In this document: positions 23,398 through 30,726 of the stretch, one piece after another
How positions within the stretch are numbered: position 1 is the stretch's first letter
Layout of the letters: every line of letters starts with the position of its first letter
Assembly (NCBI GenBank): GCA_035623975.1
Contig: DASPSK010000270.1
Coordinates: 1-37,513 of the forward strand
Direction of reading: 5' to 3'
Source: Acidimicrobiales bacterium
Lineage (GTDB): Bacteria; Actinomycetota; Acidimicrobiia; Acidimicrobiales; Bog-793
Length of the DNA stretch: 37,513 nt
The notes under the pieces: model-generated
What the model was told of the DNA's origin: nothing
The model's input: the letters and a program-made list of their open reading frames with translations, nothing else
Databases searched by the model: none
Translations under genes and position numbers: made by a program

Positions 23398-24875
23398 ATG
23401 GCCGAGTTCCGTCAGCCGCCTGGCAGCGGTGGGACCGCCAACCCGGGTTGGTACCTCGATCCCTGGGGCCGGTCGGCCTGGCGCTGGTGGGATGGATGGC
23501 AGTGGACGGGGTGGATATCGCCACCCGAGGGTGTCGGCCCGGCGGTCGTTCGCCAGCTCGTCGTCGAGCCGTCGCCCTTGTCGCCGGCACCCCCAGAAGC
23601 GCCCGGCAGGGAGCGGTTGCCGGGCGGAGCGCCTGCCGGGGTGGGACCGTTCGACCCTGCCGCCTCCGCCACCGGCGCGCCCGCGGCCGCTCAGCCCGCG
23701 GCCGGTCAGCCCGCGGCCAGCCAGCCCGCGGCCGCTCAGCCCGCGGCCGGCCAGCCGCGGCCGCTCAGCCCGCGGCCGGCCAGCCCGCGGCCGCTCAGCC
23801 CGCGGCCGGCCAGCCCGCGGCCGCTCAGCCCGCGGCCGGTCCGAGCGTTGGCGGTACGCCGGTTGGCGGTCAGCCCGCGGCCGGTCCGAGTGTTGGCGGT
23901 ATGCCTGCGCCGGTGCCGGGCCCATTCCTCCCGCCCGCCGCCCCCTGGGGAGGCGGAAACGTCGGGCCCTACATGGCCCCGATGCCTCCACCCACGAGCC
24001 CGGTCCCGCCGGCGGAGGCGGCCCGCCCGGTTGCGAGGAAGGACCGCCGTCGCCTCGTCGTCGAGCTGCTCATCGTGCTCTCCGTCTTCCCGCTCCCCTA
24101 CGTCGTCTCGGCCCTGCAGGCGCTCGTCGCCTATCTGCTCGGGGAAGGCCCGGGACGACGCATCCCGATCCTCTTCCCGGGTCACATCGGAGCCGGCCTT
24201 CCCTTCGTCCTCCTCGAGGTGGCTCTGCCGCTGGCGGCGGCGGCCCTGGCGCTCTACCTGCTCTCGTTGCCGGGAGGTGACGGCGGCCCGAGCGCCATCG
24301 GGCTCGACCGCAAGCAGCCGCGAGGTGATCTCGCCCTCCTGCTGCCGGTCTTCGTTCTCTGTGACCTCATTCCCATCGCCGGCGGCAGCCTGGTGCTCAC
24401 AGCCCTCGGCGTCCACGGACCCTCCCCTGCCACCGGAGGCCTGCCCACCTACTACGACCTCGCCTATCTGGCCATGGCCGTCGTCGCCGGCATCGTGGAG
24501 GAGATCGTCGTGCTCGGCTACCTCGTCCGCCGGTTGGAACAGATCGGGCTGAAACCGTTCTGGGTCGTGGCCATCGCCGTGGCCGTGCGGGCCTCATACC
24601 ACCTCTACTACGGCTGGGGCGTTCTGCCCATCGTCGCCTGGGCCACGGTGAGCGTCCTTGTGTACCGCCGCTTCCGCCGTCTCGGTCCCTTCATCCTCGT
24701 CCACGCCCTTTGGGACAGCGGGCTCTTCCTTCTCGGGCACTACCTCCTCGCCGAGGTCGTCCTCCTCACGCCCGCCACCATCGTCTTCACGGCCATGTGG
24801 TGGCGCTACCTGCCACCGAAGGGACCGCCGCCCGGCGGGAGGGGAACGGGGGCCGAGGCGTGGTCGACTAATTAA
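23398..24875 (+). pseudogene. DUF2510-like N-terminal domain / (AAxQP)n linker / CPBP (CAAX/Abi-type) intramembrane glutamic protease; frame broken by a 1-nt deletion at about 23756
   Basis: The frame of 23398 gives GWYLDPWGRSAWRWWDGWQWTG (DUF2510-type W-rich motif), then AAAQPAAGQPAASQPAAAQPAAGQ. After a 14-nt (instead of 15-nt) repeat unit, the same peptide repeat continues only in the frame of 23448: AAAQPAAGQPAAAQPAAG... It then runs through TM segments and CPBP motifs (AGIVEEIVVLGYLVRR; FILVHALWD) to the stop at 24875. This could be a sequencing error. The protease part alone could start at ATG 23901. Confidence 0.6.
23683..23846 (+). repeat. 15-bp coding minisatellite GCGGCCG[C/G][T/C]CAGCCC, about 11 units, fifth unit 1 nt short
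   Basis: The units start at 23683, 23698, 23713, 23728, 23743 (14 nt: GCGGCCGGCCAGCC), 23757, 23772, 23787, 23802 and 23817, with a degenerate unit at 23832. Confidence 0.9.
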
Positions 24876-25046
24876 TGCCGCCTCTCGTGGCCGCCTCGCC
24901 CGACCGGTGGCGGGCGACGGGGCGGGGGGCTGCGGCCGATCCCGGACCGACGCCACGGCGCCGAGGACAATCGAGCGCTGCCGCTGGCGGCAGGGCGCGT
25001 CCCTGGTCGGCGATCAGTGCGTGATGGCGCATTAGCCTGTCGTCCG

Positions 25047-25472
25047 ATGGCTGGCATCGGCAGCGGGTCGCAGAGCTTCTGGGGTGCGGGCGGCCCGCCT
25101 CACCCTGGGCGCATCGAGTACCGGCTGATGCGCGAAGCCGTCGTGCGTCAGTACCGGCGTGGCCGGATCGGCCGTCCCGACGTCTGCGACGCCCAGCCCG
25201 AGCTGCTGAGGGTGGCACGGCACCTCGGTCGCCAGACGAGCACGAAATGCCCGATCTGTGAGGAGTCAGAGCTCGTCCACGTCTCCTTCGCTTTCGGCCC
25301 CCGTCTCCCCTCGAGCGGGAGGGCGCTGGCTCCCGGAGAGATCACGAAGCTCACGCGCAACAGCGCTGAGCTGGCGTGCTACGTGGTCGAAGTGTGCGTG
25401 GAGTGCTGCTGGAACCATCTCCTGCGGATGTTCACGGTCGGCGGCCAAGGAAGGGCGCGAATGCGTAACTGA
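25047..25472 (+). CDS. small conserved zinc-ribbon protein (resembles the actinobacterial DUF5318/Rv0049-like family; tentative)
   Basis: IEYRLMREAVVRQYRRGRIGRPDVCDAQPELLRVARHLG...KCPICEE...VCVECCWNHL gives a CxxC...CxxC pattern. Its position near padR-ino1 matches other actinobacteria, but that assignment is from memory. The start is ATG 25047 or GTG 25017. Confidence 0.6.
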   Translation: MAGIGSGSQSFWGAGGPPHPGRIEYRLMREAVVRQYRRGRIGRPDVCDAQPELLRVARHLGRQTSTKCPICEESELVHVSFAFGPRLPSSGRALAPGEITKLTRNSAELACYVVEVCVECCWNHLLRMFTVGGQGRARMRN

Positions 25473-25589
25473 TCGATGCGAGGCTGGGCGAGATGGCGGC
25501 GGACCACGCCACCGAGCCCGCGGGTGCTGTCGAGAGGTCCCGACGACACCGCCGGCAGCCGTGAGGCGCTGGACGGAAGGGAGAGCAAG

Positions 25590-26435
25590 ATGAGTGAGCA
25601 CGTCACTGTGCCGTGGGTCCGAGGCAGGAAGCGCCGAGACGGCGCCGAGCCCCTCGTCATGATCACGGCCTACGACGAGCCGTGGGCCCGCCTCGTCGAC
25701 GCCGCCGGCGTCGACCTCATTCTCGTGGGAGACACGTTGGCGGAGATCGTCCTTGGCTACGAGGACACCCTCAGTGTGGACGTCGAGCAGATGGCGCATC
25801 ATGTGGGTGCTGTCGCCCGCGCACGCCCGCGAGCCCTTGTCGTCGGCGATCTTCCCTGGATGAGCTACCACACCGAGATCTTCGGCGCCGTCCGCAACGC
25901 CGCCAGGCTGGTGCGCGCCGGCGCCGGGGCCGTCAAGCTTGAAGGCGGACGCCGCCGGCTGGCGGTTGTCCGGGCGATCATCGACGCCGAGATACCCGTC
26001 ATGGCGCACCTGGGCCTCACGCCTCAGTCCGTCCATGCCATGGGGGGTTACAAGGTCCAAGGTCGCCAGCTGTCCGAAGCGGAGGAGCTCGTGGCGGACG
26101 CGGTCGCCCTCGAACAGGCGGGCTGCTTCGCCATCGTGCTCGAGGGAGTGCCCGACGTGGTGGCGGACCGGGTGACGGCGGAGGTCGCCGTCCCCACGAT
26201 CGGAATCGGCGCCGGCGCCGGCTGCGACGGGCAGGTCCTGGTCCTGCACGATCTCCTCGGGTTGTCGAAGGGCCCGGTGCCGAAGTTCGTGCGCAAGTAC
26301 GCCGACGTGGGCACGATCGTGACAGAGGCTGTGTTGCAGTATGCCGCCGATGTCCGGGCCGGCTCCTTCCCCTCCGACGCCGAGTCGTATCACGGCTCGA
26401 GCGCGCTGCGAGAGGCCCTCTCCATGCTGTCCTGA
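25590..26435 (+). CDS. panB: 3-methyl-2-oxobutanoate hydroxymethyltransferase
   Basis: LVMITAYD...VDLILVGDTLAEIVLGYEDTLSV...DLPWMSY...VKLEGG...IPVMAHLGLTPQS...GGYKVQGR...GCFAIVLEGVP...VPTIGIGAGAGCDGQVLVLHDLLG. ATG 25590 is preceded by GGAAGGGAGAG. Confidence 0.88.
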   Translation: MSEHVTVPWVRGRKRRDGAEPLVMITAYDEPWARLVDAAGVDLILVGDTLAEIVLGYEDTLSVDVEQMAHHVGAVARARPRALVVGDLPWMSYHTEIFGAVRNAARLVRAGAGAVKLEGGRRRLAVVRAIIDAEIPVMAHLGLTPQSVHAMGGYKVQGRQLSEAEELVADAVALEQAGCFAIVLEGVPDVVADRVTAEVAVPTIGIGAGAGCDGQVLVLHDLLGLSKGPVPKFVRKYADVGTIVTEAVLQYAADVRAGSFPSDAESYHGSSALREALSMLS

Positions 26436-26609
26436 GGGTTGTGACACACCCGTGTGCGCATACTTGCTCGATGCCAGTCGTGATGGACGCGCCAGCTGCC
26501 GGGCCAGCCGGATCAGTGGGCTACCATGACCACGTCCTATCTGCCCCTGCCCCGGTCGCACCGGGGCCCCGAGCGCAGGGCGCCGGGTCCGGAGGAGGTG
26601 CGTGCCGCC

Positions 26610-27104
26610 ATGCGGCCTTATGAAGTCATGGTCATTTTCGATGTCGACCTCGAAGAGGGCGACATCCGCCAGCGAGTCGAGCGTGTCCACGAGCTCGTGC
26701 GCTCGAAAGGCGGAACTCCCGGAAGCGTCAGCCATTGGGGTCGCCGGACGTTCGCCTACGAGATCAAGCATCGCTCGGAGGGGTACTACGTCGTCCTGGA
26801 GGCGACGGCGGAGCCAGCCGCTATGGCCGAGGTGGATCGTTACCTCGCCCTCGAGGATGCGGTGCTTCGCCACAAGGTCATCCGCCAGCCAGACAACGTG
26901 GCCGGGCGGGGCGCCTCACACGGACGGAGGCGTCCGGCGGCTCCGGTCACCCCGCCGGTTGCAGCCAGTCCGCGGAGCGCCTCAACGGCGGATGGTGATG
27001 GTAGGGAGGTCGCTGCCCAGGCAGCGCCGATCGCGGCAGACGCCGCCGAGAACCCCGGCCCGGACCCCGCCGGCTCCCCCGGCGACGAGCCGTCCGGCAG
27101 CTGA
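26610..27104 (+). CDS. rpsF: 30S ribosomal protein S6 with a long Ala/Pro/acidic C-terminal extension
   Basis: MRPYEVMVIFDVDLEE...HWGRRTFAYEIKHRSEGYYVVLEA...RHKVIR. GGAGGAGG lies 11 nt upstream. The track start 26526 is rejected. Confidence 0.9.
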   Translation: MRPYEVMVIFDVDLEEGDIRQRVERVHELVRSKGGTPGSVSHWGRRTFAYEIKHRSEGYYVVLEATAEPAAMAEVDRYLALEDAVLRHKVIRQPDNVAGRGASHGRRRPAAPVTPPVAASPRSASTADGDGREVAAQAAPIAADAAENPGPDPAGSPGDEPSGS

Positions 27105-27132
27105 GCACCAAGACGACACAGGAGAGATTGAC

Positions 27133-27609
27133 ATGTCAAACGGGAACACCATCGTGCTGGTCGGGAACGTCACGCGCGACCCCGAGCTTCGTTTCACGCC
27201 GAGCGGGCAGCCGACGACGACCTTCGGCTTGGCCGTCAACCGCCGCTGGCAGAACCGCCAGACCCAGGAGTGGGAGGAGGCGACGTCCTTCTTCGACATC
27301 GTGTGCTGGCGGGAGCTCGCCGAGAACGCCAGCGAGAGTCTGCGACGCGGCTCGCGGGTCATCGTGACGGGCAGGTTGGAGCAGCGTAGCTGGGAGACGA
27401 GCGACAACGAGAAGCGCTCGAAGGTCGAGGTCGTCGCCGATGAGCTCGGGCCGAGCCTTCGCTGGGCGAGCGCCGTCATCACGAAGAACGAGCGCAAGGG
27501 CCCGGGTGAGGGCGGAGGTGGTCGTCCTGCCGTCCCGGCAACGGCCGGGCGGTCGTCCACCCCCGAAGCGGAGGCGACGTACTCGAATTATGACGAGGAG
27601 CCCTTCTGA
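27133..27609 (+). CDS. ssb: single-stranded DNA-binding protein
   Basis: [35 protein letters not shown]...[14 protein letters not shown]...[16 protein letters not shown]... with the acidic tip DEEPF. GGAGAGA lies upstream of ATG 27133. Confidence 0.92.
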   Translation: MSNGNTIVLVGNVTRDPELRFTPSGQPTTTFGLAVNRRWQNRQTQEWEEATSFFDIVCWRELAENASESLRRGSRVIVTGRLEQRSWETSDNEKRSKVEVVADELGPSLRWASAVITKNERKGPGEGGGGRPAVPATAGRSSTPEAEATYSNYDEEPF

Positions 27610-28076
27610 TGGCACGGAACAATGACCGCGACCGCGGGACCCGTCGGGCGCCAAAGGACACAGCCCGCCGCGGGAAGAAGAAGGTCTGCATCTTCTGCAA
27701 GGAGCACATCACCTGGGTCGATTACAAGGAGATCGGCCTCTTGCGGAAGTTCATGTCAGACCGGGGCAAGATCCGCGCCCGTCGCGTGTCGGGCAACTGC
27801 GCCCAGCACCAGCGCGATGTCGCCCTCGCCATCAAGACGGCACGCGAGCTGGCGCTGCTGCCTTACACGCAGCGGACCACGAGCGACCGTCCCTCCCCGC
27901 GAGGACCCGGCCGCGGTGGCCGGGGCACACCGGCGCCAGACGTGCCCGGAGCGCCCGAAGCAGACGACGCCGCCACGCTCGACGGTGAGCTCCTCGGCGA
28001 CGAGGATCTGCTCGGCGACGAGGATCTGCTCGAGATGGACGAGTTCGCGCTGGCGCCGGGCGCGGAGGACGAGTGA
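27609..28076 (+). CDS. rpsR: 30S ribosomal protein S18 with an atypical ~65-aa basic-then-acidic C-terminal extension
   Basis: [64 protein letters not shown] is the S18 core. The ATG overlaps the ssb stop (TGATG). The tail runs from about 27876 to 28073. Confidence 0.88.
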   Translation: MARNNDRDRGTRRAPKDTARRGKKKVCIFCKEHITWVDYKEIGLLRKFMSDRGKIRARRVSGNCAQHQRDVALAIKTARELALLPYTQRTTSDRPSPRGPGRGGRGTPAPDVPGAPEADDAATLDGELLGDEDLLGDEDLLEMDEFALAPGAEDE

Positions 28077-28525
28077 TGAAGCTCGTCCTCCGGTCCGACG
28101 TGAGCGGCCTCGGCAAGCGCGGCGACATCATCGACGTTGCCGACGGGTATGCCCGCAACAGCCTCATTCCAGACGGCCAGGCCATCCCGGCAACGCCGAA
28201 GATCGAGCAGCAGGCCCAGGCGATGCGGCGCTCCCGCGACGTGAAGGACGCCCGCGACCGCGAAGGGGCAGAGGCCGTGGCGCGAAAGCTCGTACCGCTC
28301 GTGATCAAGATCCCGGCGCGAGCCGGCGCTGAGGGCCGTCTCTTCGGGTCTGTCACGACCCAAGACGTCGTCGAGGCAGTTCAGCAACAGGCGGGCGTGA
28401 CCCTCGACCGTCGCCGTCTCACCACCGACGAGGCGATCCGCTCGATCGGGGTGCACGAGGTGGGTGTCCGCCTCCATCCCGAGGTCGAGTTCCGCATCAC
28501 CGTCGAGGTCGTACCGGCGGGCTAA
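28076..28525 (+). CDS. rplI: 50S ribosomal protein L9
   Basis: [32 protein letters not shown]. The ATG overlaps the rpsR stop; GTG 28073 is an alternative start. Confidence 0.9.
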   Translation: MKLVLRSDVSGLGKRGDIIDVADGYARNSLIPDGQAIPATPKIEQQAQAMRRSRDVKDARDREGAEAVARKLVPLVIKIPARAGAEGRLFGSVTTQDVVEAVQQQAGVTLDRRRLTTDEAIRSIGVHEVGVRLHPEVEFRITVEVVPAG

Positions 28526-28803
28526 GAGCAGATGACCGGCATGCGCCCCTTTCGTGGCCTGCCGGGAGCAGATTGCATGAGAAGCGCGACGCCCGGTGGA
28601 GCAGTCGCGCCCCTGCGACGAGGCGCCAGCAGCGCGCCTTTGAGGCCCGGGCCGAGCAGGCGCGCGGGCCTGTTGGCGCCAGAGCTGAGGAGGCTGTGCG
28701 CTCCACAAGGTTGCCCACAGGCTTTGCCCCAAGCCGAGGTCGGTATTCCACATGTTCTTGCTCTAGCCACCCCCAGGGTGGCGGGGGCATCCTGAGGCTG
28801 CTC

Positions 28804-30657
28804 ATGGCGACCGTCCCCCCGATGCCGAACTCCTCCCGCCAGCCGCGCCGCGCGCGGGCCGGGTTGGCTGGTGCCGACAGCGAGAGCGACAGGGGTGGCC
28901 CGGGCGCGGCCGGCAGTTCCATCAGCCGAATACCGCCCCACAGCTTCGAGGCAGAGGAGTCGCTTCTCGGGGCGATGCTGCTGTCTCGTGACGCCATCGC
29001 CGTGGCGGTGGAGGAGGTCTCGGCTGACGACTTCTACAAGCCGTCGCATGCCCATATCTTCTCTGCGGTCACGGCTCTTTACGGCCGGGGAGAACCCGCT
29101 GACGCCGTCACGGTGGCCGAAGAGATGCGGCGCCACGGGACCCTGGAGGCCTCTGGAGGGGCCTCGGCTCTCATCTCCCTGCAAGCGAACACCCCGGCTA
29201 TCTCGAGCGCCAGCCGATACGCCCGCATCGTGCAGGAGCACGCCGTCCTTCGCCGGCTCATCGGCGTGGCCTACGAGATTGCCGAGATCGGCTACGAGCT
29301 GCCTGCCGACGTCGTCGCCGCCGTCGATCGGGCCGAGGCGATGGTGTTCGAGGTCGCGCAGCGGCGCTCGAGTGACTCGACGCGGTCCCTGAAGGAGCTG
29401 CTGGCCGAGAGTCTCGACCACCTCGAGTACCTCGCCAACCTCGGGGAGACGATCACCGGCGTTGCCACCGGCTACCAGGACCTCGATCATGAGCTCTACG
29501 GCCTGCAGCCGTCCAACCTCGTCGTGGTCGGCGCTCGACCGTCGATGGGGAAGACGGCGTTCGCCCTCGGGTTGGCGGCGCACGCCGCCCGTATCGGTGT
29601 ACCCGTCCTGTTCTTCTCGCTCGAGATGAGCCACCTCGAACTGGCCCAACGCGTGCTGTGTGCCGAGGCGCGCGTCGACGCCGGGCGCTTGCGCAACGGC
29701 AAGCTCGTCGAGAGCGACTGGTCGAAGATCGCCGGTGCCATCGGGAGGATCGGGACATCGCCGCTTTACATCGACGACAACCCCAACGTGACCGTGATGG
29801 ACATCAGGGCAAAGGCCCGGCGGATGAAGAGCGCCGAAGGGGGCCTCGGCCTCGTCATCGTCGACTACCTGCAGCTCATGACCGGGCGAACCTCGGCCGA
29901 GAGCCGCCAGGTGGAGATCTCGGAGATCTCGCGTGGCCTCAAGATCCTCGCGCGAGAGCTGCAGATTCCCGTCGTCGCCCTGAGCCAGCTGTCGCGCAAC
30001 CTCGAGTCCCGGGCGGACAAGCGCCCGATTCTCGCCGACCTGCGCGAGTGCCTGACCGGCGACACGGTCGTCTCGGTCGTCGAGGGGCCCCCAGTCACGA
30101 TGCGCGAGCTTGCCCGTGCCGGCGAGGCCACTACGGAGGTGTGGTCACTCGACGACGACGGTGGCCTCGTGCCCTCGGTGATGGTGCAAGCCTGGTCGAC
30201 GGGCACGAGGCCTGTGTTCGCCGTCCGCCTCGCCGGCGGCCAGGTCGTGCGGGCGACCGCCAACCACCCGCTCTTGACGCCAGACGGCTGGACGGCCGTG
30301 AGCGAGCTCGGTCCCGGCACTCCGGTCGCCGTCGCCCGACCGAGCCCGGACCGCGACATCGCCTGGGGGGCCGTCGAGGAGATCGCGCCGGCGGGAGCCG
30401 AGGAGGTCTTCGACGCCCACGTGCCCGGTACCCACAGCTTTGTCGCCAACGGGTTCGTTTCTCACAACAGCGGGGCGATCGAGCAGGACGCCGACGTCGT
30501 CATGTTCATCTACCGCGACGAGGTCTACAACCCGGACTCGACCGATCGAGGCGTCGCCGAGCTACTGATCGCCAAGCACCGCAACGGTCCCACCGGTCTT
30601 GCCAAGCTCAGCTTCATCTCCAACTACGCCCGCTTCGGTGACCTGGCGAAGATGTGA
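28804..30657 (+). CDS. dnaB: replicative DNA helicase DnaB, interrupted by a mini-intein
   Basis: PPHSFEAEESLLGAMLLS, Walker A GARPSMGKTAFAL, FFSLEMS, VIVDYLQLM, ISRGLKILARELQIPVVALSQLSR, ...IEQDADVVMFIYRDEVY, AELLIAKHRNGPTG. ATG 28804 chosen; the track start 28573 is rejected. Confidence 0.9.
   Translation: MATVPPMPNSSRQPRRARAGLAGADSESDRGGPGAAGSSISRIPPHSFEAEESLLGAMLLSRDAIAVAVEEVSADDFYKPSHAHIFSAVTALYGRGEPADAVTVAEEMRRHGTLEASGGASALISLQANTPAISSASRYARIVQEHAVLRRLIGVAYEIAEIGYELPADVVAAVDRAEAMVFEVAQRRSSDSTRSLKELLAESLDHLEYLANLGETITGVATGYQDLDHELYGLQPSNLVVVGARPSMGKTAFALGLAAHAARIGVPVLFFSLEMSHLELAQRVLCAEARVDAGRLRNGKLVESDWSKIAGAIGRIGTSPLYIDDNPNVTVMDIRAKARRMKSAEGGLGLVIVDYLQLMTGRTSAESRQVEISEISRGLKILARELQIPVVALSQLSRNLESRADKRPILADLRECLTGDTVVSVVEGPPVTMRELARAGEATTEVWSLDDDGGLVPSVMVQAWSTGTRPVFAVRLAGGQVVRATANHPLLTPDGWTAVSELGPGTPVAVARPSPDRDIAWGAVEEIAPAGAEEVFDAHVPGTHSFVANGFVSHNSGAIEQDADVVMFIYRDEVYNPDSTDRGVAELLIAKHRNGPTGLAKLSFISNYARFGDLAKM
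30049..30468 (+). mobile_element. DnaB mini-intein (140 aa, Hint domain only, no endonuclease domain)
   Basis: The host motif ...ILADLRE | SGAIEQDAD... is interrupted. The insert starts CLTGDTVV (block A, Cys1), has TANHPLLT (block B, TxxH) and VFDAHVPGTHSFVANGFVSHN (blocks F/G) ending HN, with Ser as the +1 residue. Exactly 420 nt, in frame. Confidence 0.85.
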
Positions 30658-30726
30658 AGACGGGCGATCCGGAGTCGCTCGCGGGCTCGCTCTCGGTTCT
30701 CGGCGTCGCCGACGATCCGGATCCGG

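Noticed and set aside
23683-23846. Possible CRISPR array or phase-variation tract, because of the regular 15-bp repeats (also 4497-4680)
   Set aside because: There are no spacers: the units are directly tandem and encode an in-frame peptide repeat inside genes. The unit length is a multiple of 3, so slippage would not switch the frame.
23278-23991. Upstream extension of the padR ORF (track 22591..23991) and ORF 23306..24280(+)
   Set aside because: The extension is a repetitive R/P/G translation of the AAxQP minisatellite on the wrong strand or frame. The PadR winged helix starts at MAILGLL, and a good promoter sits right upstream.
24896-24917. Hairpin TCGCCCG-ACCGGTGG-CGGGCGA after the CPBP gene stop as a terminator
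   Set aside because: It has a 7-bp stem, no U-tract, and many similar GC hairpins occur by chance in this composition. It is too weak to list as a feature.
25266-26873. 535-aa minus-strand ORF over panB/rpsF
   Set aside because: It is antisense to panB and rpsF, both clearly identified, and has no motifs.
28770-28795. Short imperfect inverted repeat CCACCCCCAGGGTGGCGGGGG just upstream of dnaB
   Set aside because: Only about 6 bp pair cleanly (CCACCC/GGGTGG). This is indistinguishable from chance GC-rich self-complementarity.
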